From: Macrostomum lignano
Taxonomy: Eukaryota
Reading direction: 5' to 3'
Length of the DNA stretch: 64,000 bases
NCBI GenBank assembly: GCA_002269645.1
Contig: NIVC01001517.1
Coordinates: 1-64,000 of the forward strand
Every line of letters begins with the position of its first letter. The first letter of the stretch is position 1. This document shows, piece by piece, positions 35,599 through 46,446 of the stretch. The notes under the pieces were generated by a model. That model was not told the origin of the DNA and did no database searches. It saw nothing but the letters and a program-made list of their open reading frames with translations. Position numbers and translations under genes: made by a program.

Positions 35599-38500
35599 AT
35601 GTCCGTTTGGGCCAGCAGTTGGCTTTGCGGAGTGCCTCTGCTGCTGCTCGGCTGCTTCTGCTGCCTGCGGTGGGCCACCGGCTCTGCCGCAGATCCGGCG
35701 GTTCCGGGTCGGTTGGTGAGTTCGGAGCTTACCATGATTGCTGGGCTGGTGATGGAAGGTGTGATCTGATCTACTGACTATACTCGTACAGGAGTCACAA
35801 TGTCCACTTCATGCAAATTTTTGCGTACAAGCTATTGTAGATGCTAGAGTGCCATTATCGACGTTATTACCGATGCTAGAGTGCCATTATCAACGTTATT
35901 ACCGATGCTAGAGTGCCATTATCGACGTTATTGTTGACGCAAGAGTGCCATTATCGACGCTGTTGTTGATGCAAGAGTGCCATTATCAACGTTATTATCG
36001 ATGATAGAGTGCCATTATCAACGTTATTACCGATGCAAGAGTGCCATTATCGACGTTATTTTAGATGCTAGAGTGCCATTATCGACGTTATTGCTGACGC
36101 AAGAGTGCCATTATCGACGCTATTGTTGATGCAAGAGTGCCATTATCAACGCTATTGTTGATGCAAGAGTGCCATTATCAACGCTATTGTTGATGCAAGA
36201 GTGCCATTATCGACGCTATTGTTGATGCAAGAGTGCCATTATCAACGCTATTGTTGATGCAAGAGTGCCATTATCGACGCTACAGAGCTATTATCGACGC
36301 CGGAGAGCCATTATACATGTAGATGCTGGAGAGCCATTATCGATGATAGAGTGCTATTGTCGGCGCTAGAGTATTAATTTTGGCAGAGAAGGTACCAGGC
36401 CAGATGCTAGTAAATTAGCGAAGGTACTTACTTAGAGGTCAGATCCAGGTGCTATGGCGTTATTTCCTCAGGCTTAGATGACAATCTAGGAGGGAAAGCA
36501 AAATATTTTGCAGACATCTCGATATCTTTGACAATCCCGATGCTCAACAGCCAGCCGCTACTTCACCTCGGCGAGCTCGGCACCGGCTCCGATATCTTCC
36601 CCAATGTCTGTCAGCCCGGCCCGCAGCGACATCGAGTGCGCCGGAATCTGCGCTTCGAAACTCGGCTGTCGGCACTTCCGGTTCGCAGTCGAGAGCCTGA
36701 GCTGCGCCCTTTACGACGCAGGCAGCGGGGGCGCCGGAGGGACTTCCGAAGTGGCGGCTTTTGAAGCCGACGGTGAGAAGCAAATCTCAGTGCGACACTT
36801 ATCCAAGGACTACTAAAGTAGAAGGACGCGACACTCGCAATCAATAGAAAATGTTTTGAAGGCCACCTTTCGCCGAAAAATGCACTACGGAGATAGGAAA
36901 GCTTCATTTTTTCAGCACAAAAATATTTATTCCGTTAGATAGAAGGCCGACCCAATGCTCATCATTTAATATGCTCTGCCTTTCTTACAGCTCTATAATT
37001 GATATTACGGCAATAGATCTTTGATATCAATAGAGCTATAAGAAAGGTACAGCATATCAAATTATGAACACTGGGTCTGCCTTCTATCGAACGCAATAAC
37101 AAATGACATTTTCCATAGACTGCGAGTGTCGCGTCCTGTATATACATGCTTTAGTTGTCCTTGCACTTATCACTGGGATCCCAGTTGCTACAATAAAGCC
37201 AGAGCCACAGCTTTGACAATGCTCAAAGTGCGACCCTAAGTGCTCGTAATTGTGGGACCTTGACTAAAGTTGATGTCAAATCGAGACCCTGGAGTGAAAG
37301 CCAAAACGGTAGCTTCAAACGCTTCAACCTTGATAAGATGTCATTTGAGATGGCACTGCTTGAGGTCGAGACTTAGGGCCAAAAGGTACAAGACGTTTTG
37401 GGCATTCAAATTCCCGATTCTAATCGAGAATGTTGGGGGTCACTGAGAATTCAACCCGCGCGATTACCCCACAGCAACCAACTGCCCCTACATGGCAACA
37501 CTCGGCGACCGCAGCTTCTGCACCTTCCAAGAGCGAAACAGCGCCTCTGTGAGCTTCGAGAGAACCTGGACAGAGTACGAGGCCGGCTTTGGGGACGGCA
37601 GCAACTTCTGGATCGGTGAGTGGCGAAGCTTTTGTCTACCTATGTATCAGTATTGTAGGATCAAGGACCACTAGTAGATACTACTTAAGTAGGAGGATTT
37701 TGGTAACTTTTATTAAAGCCCTTTGTAGTCTAGTGGTTAGGAGGGTTATAGCCTAGAGACTAGAGCGTCGGACTCACGACTTGAAGGTCGGGGGTTCGAT
37801 TCCCGATCCCTCAGAAACAATATGTGTCCTTGAGCAAGACACTTAACTCTGCATTGCTTTAGTTCACCCAGCTGTGAAATGGGTGCCAGCATTAGCTGGG
37901 GTAATTGAAGGTGTGTGTGGCGACCCCCCAGTCCTTGGACTGAACAGCCGTACGCAGCCTTCAGATGCGAAATAACTGCGGCTGAGCTGTCGGTTGCACA
38001 TCTGGCATGATTGGGGCAAGTGTAATCAATTATTATTATCAGTAGTAGTATTATTAAGACCTTAGATATTTAGTATATTGTGATAAAGACCCTTGACTTT
38101 TATATCCTAAATGTCATTGCCGAAGGCTCACCCATTCCGTATCAACTTTCCGTACCAAAAATTTGACATTCAGTCGTACCCGTGTCAATCAGGCCTCCAG
38201 CGCATTCACGAGCTCACAGCCTCCACGCCGAGAACCCTCCGGATCCGTTTTCTGCTGTACAACAACTCCGAGTACTTCAACGAGTACAGCAGCTTCACGG
38301 TGGGCAATTCGACAACAAAGTACCAGATGAACTATGCCGCGTTTCTGCCCAACCAGTCAAACTTGGCGAGCGACTGCCTGGCGGTGCACAATGGAATGAA
38401 GTTCTCCACCAAGGACCAGGACAATGACGCTGCGCAGGCAGACTTCTGCGCAGTCGCATACGGAAATGCGGGCTTCTGGTTCAACTACTGCCTCACGTGC

Positions 38501-38619
38501 AACCCGAACGGTGGTACGCGCCCAGCGGAGACGTCTACAGCCCCAAGTACGCCTACTGGAAATGCGTCGAGAATAACTACACTGCGGTTCGCTCCATCAG
38601 CATGATGCTGCAAGTCTGA
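35599..38619 (+). CDS. Secreted PAN/apple + fibrinogen-related-domain protein; exons ~35599-35710, 36551-36772, 37475-37616, 38192-38619; apparent 1-nt deletion at ~38510
   Basis: Signal peptide MSVWASSWLCGVPLLLLGCFCC. PAN-like SDIECAGICASKLGCRHFRF...SCALY. FReD FCTFQER...SFERTWTEYEAGFGDGSNFWIG|LQRIHELT...NGMKFSTKDQDND...GFWFNYCLTCNPNG, continued in the shifted frame as WYAPSGDVYSPKYAYW...SISMMLQV*. The exon-1 donor is uncertain. Confidence 0.82.
35840..36345. repeat. 32-bp minisatellite (GCAAGAGTGCCATTATCGACGCTATTGTTGAT)n in intron 1
   Basis: Visible degenerate array. Confidence 0.92.
37723..38040 (+). mobile_element. SINE family 1 copy g, in the PAN-FReD intron
   Basis: tRNA head ...GTCGGACTCACGACTTGAAGGTCGGGGGTTCGATTCCC, CORE-like block and tail. 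Confidence 0.85.
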
Positions 38620-38699
38620 AGTCTGCAAGGCTGAATTCGACAAGTCAGCCAGAGATTGAAGAGATGAAAGAGTACTGCATGGGATCGAAAATTTTCATG

Positions 38700-41600
38700 C
38701 ACACTTGAGAATATTGTTTTGTAGCTATTTGTTTAAATCGGTAGGTTTATATGAGCTTTATTTAGTTCTGTAGGTGGTCAATTATTGTTTTTAATCGGTA
38801 CTACGAAGTCCTATGTGTCTCAATTTTGAAAAAGACCTTATATAAATAAGTTTGCTTCCAAAGTTATTTATTTATGTGTCAATCTCGTGTGAAAGATTTC
38901 TCGACCTCATCACCAATTAGTATCTACTTTTACAAACTTCAATTTATTTCGACTGGACTAAAAACAAAGTTAAATTTGAGAAGGTTTAGTTGACTCTAGC
39001 AAGGTCAGATAGCCCCTCGACTCGACGTACTCTCGCCGCTTTCGTCGCTACTCGTAGGCGCCGGCCCGGACGCGTTACAGGTGGCCCCTCCGCTTGTGGA
39101 ACCGTGGCCGAGCGGTCGAATCTGACTGTCGGTCCGCCGCAAGACGTCGGCGAGGACGCAAATAAGCTCCAACCAACCGAGTCGGTCCAGTAACCCTCGC
39201 AGTCCCGTGTACGTCATACTTATGGGAGCTTAACCAAAACCCTCTGGGTATAAATAAAGTCTTGCCATAACTCACAAATCACAAAAGCTGTAACTTTATC
39301 GTTAACAGCGGGGGACAACCCTGTATTTGGATTTGGATTTGGATTTGGATTTGGATTTGATGCACAGCGAGCGTCCAAGAAGAAAAAATGAAAAACTTCC
39401 TTTTATTACCCAAATTTCGTTTTTCGTGGGCGGGACTTTAAGACTGTAGATCGGACTTTATAGTCGTAGGAGACTCACAAACCTAGCTTCGTAGAGTCGT
39501 TGGGAGTACTCAGAACTGGAACTTTAGAGTTGCTAAGAGGGTACTCGTTGTCGTAAAGCCGCTGGGGGGTATGTAGAGTCGTTGAGAGAAATTCTCGGTG
39601 TTTTAAGGTCGTCAAGAAGTCGGAGCTCGAACAACAAGCTCAGGTTTAAACTTCGAAATAACGGACAGACTAGCTGCCGAACGACTGTTTATGACCCTTC
39701 AAGCTCGAAGGGTTTGAGTGGCGTAGCCACCGGGGGCCGTCGTGGTTCGACATCAGCTGTATCGGCCCGGAGTCCGTCAGCTACTCCAGGTCGTCCGTCA
39801 CCGTCAACGGGTCCAGCCGCAGGTCTTTGCTCGCGTTGGCGCTGAAGAACGGTGGCGCGACGTCGACGAGCAAGCAGGTGAGCTGTTAGCACAAGAGCAG
39901 TTGGTCGGCGAACCTCAATAGCTGAGCTGACAGGGACCTCTGACGCCGGCCCAACACGCTCTCGTAGTCGACGGCGTCGTCGCGTTCTCAGCCGTAGAGC
40001 AGTGGCAGGTCCTCCGAGAACGGTGCCTACGGGTGGTTCGACTTCGGGTCGACGGACGGGTCGAGGTGTCGCATCAGCGTCAAGAGGTCGGCGACTTTCA
40101 TCCGAGCCCGGGGCGCTTCACAGACCGAGTGCGCGCTGGTGACCTGGTCCGGGCCGGCCTAGACCAGGTCGTCGACGTCCATGCCGTCGGGCCTCGAGCG
40201 CAGGCACATGTCCGTCAACTAGGACCCGACGTGGGGCCGGCTCAAGTAGGTCAAGCGCATCCAAGAGAGGAGCGCTTGGTCGAGACCGCCGAAAAGTCGC
40301 CGGACGAGTCGGGGCCGGACCGGCGGTAGGCCGTCGAGCCCGTCCGTCCCGTTGGCAAACTTGTCCAACCGGTGCTTGTACTGCAAGTCCAACCTTAAAG
40401 GCGACTGTTACAGGAGGCCGACTTCTTTAAGCGCTCGAAGTTACTCTAGGCGCAAGACGTCTTGGTCGACGCGAGAGTCTTCCTCCAGTGAAACTCGCTG
40501 TTAAGGGACGTTCAAACGCCGTAAAAGTTCTAATTAAAACTACGTGACCCCGTTCAAGGACGAGTGAGAGTGCAGAGTTCCTACATACGCGACTGAAGAA
40601 ACAGGAGTCCGTCACGTCGTAACCTAAATCGGTGTGGTCGGTTTTCCGGCCCAAATCAAATCCAGTCCAAATCAAATCTAACACAAATCAAATCCAGTCC
40701 AAATCAAAATACTTGCCCTACTCTTATGACGGTCTTCCGTTGCGAGCTTTCACTTTTCACTGAATTTTTTAATCGTCGACGAAAGATTTCACGTTTTAAA
40801 TCCTTCGTCCCTATGCTCGTCCTAAGACAGAAAAGCCCAACTTACACACGCTATTCGATTATGAATAACGCTAGTCTTGGCTCCACTGAGTGCCGTCGTC
40901 CTAAGTTCGTCAGGGACTACAGTCCGCTCGTCTAGACGACGTCGTCTTCGCGCATTCGGAGCGACAGAGAGTGTAGGAGTGACTTCAAAAGTTAGCTTGC
41001 AAGTGACGGGCGTAATGCGTCTACCATCAAGTGGGTAGCGTACTCGTAAACAAGTCCACGTTACGGAGCTTACAGACGCAGGACAAGACAGAGACCCTCG
41101 TACCGAAACTCGAAGACGCTCAGACGCCGTCGGCGGACGAACTGTCGCAGTCAGTCCGGCTTGGTCTAGTCGACGGTGTCCTCTAGCTCGTCGTCGAAGC
41201 CTGAGACGCGGTTAAGTCGGCGGAACCTCGATTGCCCTTGAGGCTCCGAAACTCGGCTCAAGTCGCGGTCCCATTACAAGAGTTAGACCACGCTGGCTAA
41301 GTACGGACGCAGAGACACGTTGCGAGCGAACAGCTAACACAGGACACTCTGTCGCAACTGGCGCGACGACGTTAACTGTCTATTTCTTCACTTCACAAGA
41401 CAGTCAACGTTACGAAATCTGATGTTCGACGTTTGTTTCCGAGATTCAAAAGAACCTTATTTAGGTCCTTTGGAAGTTCCTAACAAGACGATGAACATAG
41501 TGTCTTATTTATTAACGTACGTTGCCAATCACTAAATGGTATCATTATACGGTAGCAGTTTAAAGGGAAGCTAAAGGCGTTCATACAGGAGTTAACCGTC

Positions 41601-43334
41601 CATGAAGAGTGTCAGTCCTAGGCTGGAGTCCAAAAACAATTCGGTTAGTCGGTGACGACGGAAGAGAGGTCGTCGACCAACCAGACTTTGGAGACGAGGT
41701 CCAAGTAGGAAGCTGAGACTTCAGAGCAAGAAGCAAAGGTATCATCCTCCAAGTAGAAGATTGCAAAGCTTAGCCTGTCGTAGGTCACGGCCGAGCAGAA
41801 GACCACGAAGGCCAACGCGGAGAGGGTCACGGCCGAGCAGAAGACCACGAAGGCCAACGCGGAGAGGGTCACCGCCGAGTAGAAGGTCGTCGTCAAAAAG
41901 ATTAAGCAAAAGGTCGACGTTTAGCCGATTAAGGAGTCCGGCTCCGCGTAGGCCGTCGCCCAGGTCGCGGTAGAGAAAAGAAAGCACCAAGAGGACGAAA
42001 GCGAACGCGTCAGAAAGTAATGGGTCCGCTGAGTCCAACTCGAATCGGCGGCTAGCTTAAAGGAACAAAGCTTATCAAACTAGGAAGAGGCTAAGCTTGA
42101 ACATCGAATCGTCGAGCCGCGTGTACAAGAGTGACCCTGGCGGCTCGTCGAATTGTCTGCTCGGACGGCTCAGAAGCTCAGGGAGCTACCACGGGACGGT
42201 CTACAACTGTAGCAGGGCGACGTAGTGCCACGCGAGCAAGAACGGGAGCAAGTCGTTCATCCGGTGAAACTTCAGGCCTAGCGGCTAAGCCTGTGAGTGG
42301 CTGTGGCCGAACAAGTCTCCGTCGTCGAAGACGCAGCCTACGTTGTCATCTAACAGCGACGAGGTGCGCCCGTCCCCGAGGCCCTTGACGAGTCGAGCTG
42401 GCAGGTCGACCGGGTGCGTGGCCTACTTCATCAAGTACATCGCGACGGTGCCCGAACTCGACGAGACAGCCATTTTATCAACGTCTTGCATCACTGGTCG
42501 CTAGAACTTGGCGTGCAGGTGCTACTTCGGCAGCGACAGGGACCTCTACTTTCACATCGGCGACTCGAGAAGCGAGAGGGGCAAGCTCGTTTACATTCTG
42601 TCGAGTCGGGACTAAAGGTCCGCTCGAGAACTTCGTTTGAACTCGACTTCCGACCCCAGTAACGTTTCTTACATGCCTAGCCCTACCGAGTCGCCGGCGT
42701 GCTCAAGAACGTGCCGTAGCAGTCGTTGCAGGTCAGGCGGGTCCGACAGGTCCAGGCCGTTCCCTTTCAGCGCTGTTAGCGCTTTAAGTCTGCGTCTCAG
42801 TTCGTCTTTGACTGTCTGACCCTACGGAGACAGCGCCTGCTGGTTCCGCTTACTGGGGCTCAGACCGCTGTCTTTGACCTACGACCAGAAGCCTGGCTGA
42901 CAGGTTCTGTCGTCCAAGAAACCGCTATACGAGAGCAGTCGTCGAGGCATGTCGACCGTGAGGTCGGCCACGCCAGCGACTAGACACCTGAGGTTGACAT
43001 AGTCAGCGAGCGGCAGGAGGTGGAACTAGAGCGGCCCGAGCAGGCAGAAATCAGCTCGTCTCCGCTCGACGCGAGGGCGCGGTTTCACGTAGTCTAAGCG
43101 CGTCGGGTGCCCGTGGTAGAACCGCCAGGCCAGTCGTGCCCCCGTCACTTAATGCATTCTCTGCATAAGTTAAGGATAAACGTTATAGAACAGTCCTATG
43201 AGCTATCGAGAATCCTCTAATTAACTATTGTACTTAAAGGGCGACGTGCCACCTTGTTTGAACTTCGCGTGTCACAGCACCGAGTAAGACCAACAAAACC
43301 TGTCCATCGGCAACTACGACCGAACGACAAACTA
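38700..43334. other. Block of sequence complemented in place (not reverse-complemented); left edge approximate (38690-38760), right edge 43332-43337
   Basis: Coding sequence, GT-AG introns and AATAAA are recovered only by reading the printed bases right-to-left without complementing. The frame joins ...DGTRRL at 43335 to IKQQASINGY.... The block is rich in GTC/GAC/CG where the flanks are rich in CAG/CTG/GC. Confidence 0.93.
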
Positions 43335-44801
43335 GAGGCGGCGGGTCCCATCTGTGATGTTGGATTTGTGGATGCTAACAACGGCTTTGTAGTCGTACAT
43401 CTGGCCAGCAGCCTCCCTTAGGTAAACCTTGACGGTACCTGGCTTGCCCAGAATGACATTCAGCGGGTGGCTACTTGGGTTTATGCTGTAGTGGAACATC
43501 TCGTCCAGGGCCCCTGAAAAGAACTTCGGCATTCGATGAAACTCGGCCAGGGTGAGGGGCCTGGCCAGCAGCTGCCACTGGCGCAGTTCCTCCACGGGGA
43601 AGTGCGTGAGAATGAGGTTCTCCGGATCGGTGAGGAAGTAGAACTCGTTGCAACCGTAAATCAGCCGTCCCTCCGACTTCCTCGAGTCCTCCACGTTGCC
43701 CTGGTCGTCCAGTTTGGAATAGTTGCCGGTGTCGAATTCGGTGAGGATCTCCGCGCCCCACAGCGGATCGACGAGGCGCCACTCGCCCTCGACGTAGCAA
43801 GCGGTCCAGTTGCCGCCAGACCTCCGGGCCTCCATGCCGCTCTCGAAGCCCGCGCCTTTCTTGTAGCCGAATATCTTTTTGGATGGCACATTGGTCAGCC
43901 TGTGCATGTAGTTTTCAGGTAGTATACAGTATTGGTATCTCATAGAGTTTTTGCTTTAAGGTAATGCTAGTCTCTTTAACAGACCAGCTCATATCTTATT
44001 TGTTATTTTGCTTTTTATCCCAAATTTTAAACACTAAACTTGAGTTTTCAAGAATGGCTTTACTGAGTCCTAATTTCAAAGTAAAACTCGCAGAGAAACG
44101 CATTTTTAGGATGTGTTTCTGTTCTTGTGCTTTAGATTGACAATAATTCTAAGTAGGTTTTCAGTCATATGTGCATACCTAAATAGGTTTCCACATGGCC
44201 AAGTGGGGATATAAAGAAAAAAATTATATATATTTGATAATCAAAGCCAAAAAGTGAGCATAACTTTTTATCTTCATGCTGATAATTAACCTTACCCGAT
44301 CAACCAATCGAAAATCTCATCACTGTCGTCGGTTTGCCGCATCCGCCTGACCCGGGTGTAGAACTCAGACTCAACCTCCGCCTCGGCCAGCTCGTCCACG
44401 GGCAGGCAGCAGACGAAGCAGAAGGCCGCCCTCACTGAGTCCAGGCCGCAGCTGCTCCGCTCGAACAGCCGCACGGCGAATTCCGCGTCCGACTCGAGCG
44501 GCTCCGGCCGCAGCGACTTCACAAATTCGTCCTTCTCGGCGAACTTGGCCGCGTCGAAGATGTCCGACTTGAGCCGACGCGATGGGAACGGACCGACATC
44601 CGTGGCGTCTGGGTCTTTGGGCTCCTCGCCCAGAGTGCGCTGCAGGTGGGCGAGCACCGTGGGAGTTGGGTAAAACCCGGACGCGATCTTCTCGGCCAGG
44701 TTGTCCTCGTCCAGCAGGTAGGAGGCCAAGTCAATTTCCCCATCTTCCGGCCGGTAGGCGCGGTAATACTCCAGATCTGCGAGACTCGGTGGAAGGGACA
44801 T
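38988..44801 (-). CDS. KY/hillarin-like transglutaminase-fold protein fused to plastin/fimbrin-type CH1-CH4 actin-binding domains, ~1430 aa; exons 44801-44296, 43899-41539, 41367-40893, 40506-39721, 39154-38988 (bases below ~43334 must be read reversed, uncomplemented)
   Basis: KY-like: IFGYKKGAGF, WTACYVEGEWRLVDPLWG, NEFYFLTDPENLILTHFP...WQLL. Plastin-like: WLNKNLRSDPDC...DDGILLC...DTIDKR...ENITLALNSAQSLG; LMRWVNYHLRNAG...ENFSEDVRDSEAY; GNSNLNVMFVANLF; REERTYANWMNSAGV; LENCDYAVELGRQLGFSLVGI; IVEWTN...LLDLID; GAKVFASPVD...MLIAAFAALM. One 1-nt deletion at ~39135. Confidence 0.88.
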
Positions 44802-45299
44802 TGCTGAATCCCAAACACGTAAGCAGCTCTACAAGTAAAAATTTCTTCTCTTTGATTTTTTGGAGAGCTCTTGAATGCAGCACTGCTGACCTGTTATCTA
44901 ATCTTAATTACGCTAAAAATAAGGCACTAACATTCTCACGGATTTACTGCTGCTCTTCTCACCGCCCGTACGAGCGCAGCAGCGCGCAAGTGCACAAAAC
45001 AACCGCCTTTGACAGGCTGCGATATGAAGATACGAAGCTTACAGAGGCCTGGAGCGTACGCTAGTCTACTGTTGGCTCGTTAATGTACGTTCGTACTTTT
45101 AATTTAACAAGCCCGCAAGCAAGTGAGAGCGCACAGACTTTGAGTCTCGTACAAGCGGCAGACAATCGAAATAAAATGGACAAAAGCGGGTATATAGCAA
45201 AACCGCAACCCTGAAGGAGGCCGTAATGTCAAGTGGTCTGGCGCAGTCGCATTAATTTCGAGCCGTCTGCTGATGCAAAATTATAACGGCTTTGAGGGA

Positions 45300-45465
45300 G
45301 GAAAACCCCCAGGGCACAGTGAAATGTAACATGTCTAACGATAAATAAAGTTGGGGCCGCTGTGAAATCCTGTGTCCGTGCATATGACTGCGTACGTATC
45401 TGCGCGCTTGTATGCCTGCTCAGGGGAGTCGGCGGAATGGGCAGAAATGCCTCTCGCCGGTTGTG
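45300..45465 (+). mobile_element. SINE family 2 body fragment (copy d)
   Basis: AACCCCCAGGGCACAGTGAAATGTAACATGTCTAACGATAAATAAAGTTGGGGCCGCTGT...GGAGTCGGCGGAATGGGCAG. Confidence 0.7.
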
Positions 45466-45961
45466 TGACAATGTCTCTTTAAGTGCGCCAGGGTGCACAC
45501 AGCCCCTTTGTCTCCCACTAAAAAATCGCAATCCATTCTTTTATCTGTAAAATTTTACCTACTTCTTGCAAGAATATCCTGGTGCGAGAAACAAACTTTA
45601 TTTGTTTATTAAGCAAAGAAAGTAGTAAATTTACTAAGAAACAAACTGTCATATTTACAAAGCAAATCTTTCTTTCAATTCAACTTAGAACTGAAGTGCG
45701 CAGGTTTAAGCTGAAACAAGTGGACAAGATTTGTGCATACGTCTTTGTATATTTTTCAGTGAGCAGTACAAGCAATATCAGTGCAGAGCTGAATGGAGCG
45801 AAAGATCTATCAGACTTACGAGTACTAAAGCAGTTTATAACTGGGAAGAATAAATACAAAAATGCAACGGAGACAAAAGTTTGCAGAAATTCATCCAACT
45901 ACATGTCCAAGCAACATTAGATGTAGAAAACTGAAGGTAAACTTATGAACAAAGCTTAGCG

Positions 45962-46420
45962 TTGAGTAGGTTTCCAATCATCTACCCACCTGTGAGTAGG
46001 TTTCTAATCATCTACCCACCTGTGAGTAGGTTTCTAATCATCTACCCACCTGTGAGTAGGTTTCCAATCATCTACCCACCTGTGAGTATGTTTCCAATCA
46101 TCTACCCACCTGTGAGTAGGTTTCCAATCATCTACCCACCTGTGAGTAGGTTTCCAATCATCTACCCACCTGTGAGTAGGTTTCCAATCATCTATCCACC
46201 TGTGAGTAGGTTTCCAATCATCTTCCCACCTGTGAGTAGGTTTCCAATCATCAACCCACCTGTACGAGTCATGTAAGTAGGTTTCCAATCATCTACCCAC
46301 CTGTGAGTAGGTTTCCAATCATCTACCCACCTGTGAGTAGGTTTCCAATCATCTACCCACCTGTGAGTAGGTTTCCAATCATCTACCCACCTGTGAGTAG
46401 GTTTCCAATCATCTACCCAC
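45962..46420. repeat. 30-bp minisatellite (GTGAGTAGGTTTCCAATCATCTACCCACCT)n
   Basis: Visible; lies just past the GT32 stop codon. Confidence 0.95.
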
Positions 46421-46446
46421 TAATCAACTCATCTAATCACCAGGGC

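Noticed and set aside
39326-39358. Telomere-like repeat (GGATTT)n, i.e. (TTTAGG)n when decoded
   Set aside because: Only ~5 units, intronic, and not the TTAGGG animal telomere motif.
38700-43334. Ordinary inversion, or genuine genes from the ORF track (e.g. 39582, 40033, 41742, 42131, 42414)
   Set aside because: An inversion would be readable on the opposite strand. Those ORFs are short, motif-free shadows, and only the uncomplemented reverse reading gives a long spliced, homologous frame.
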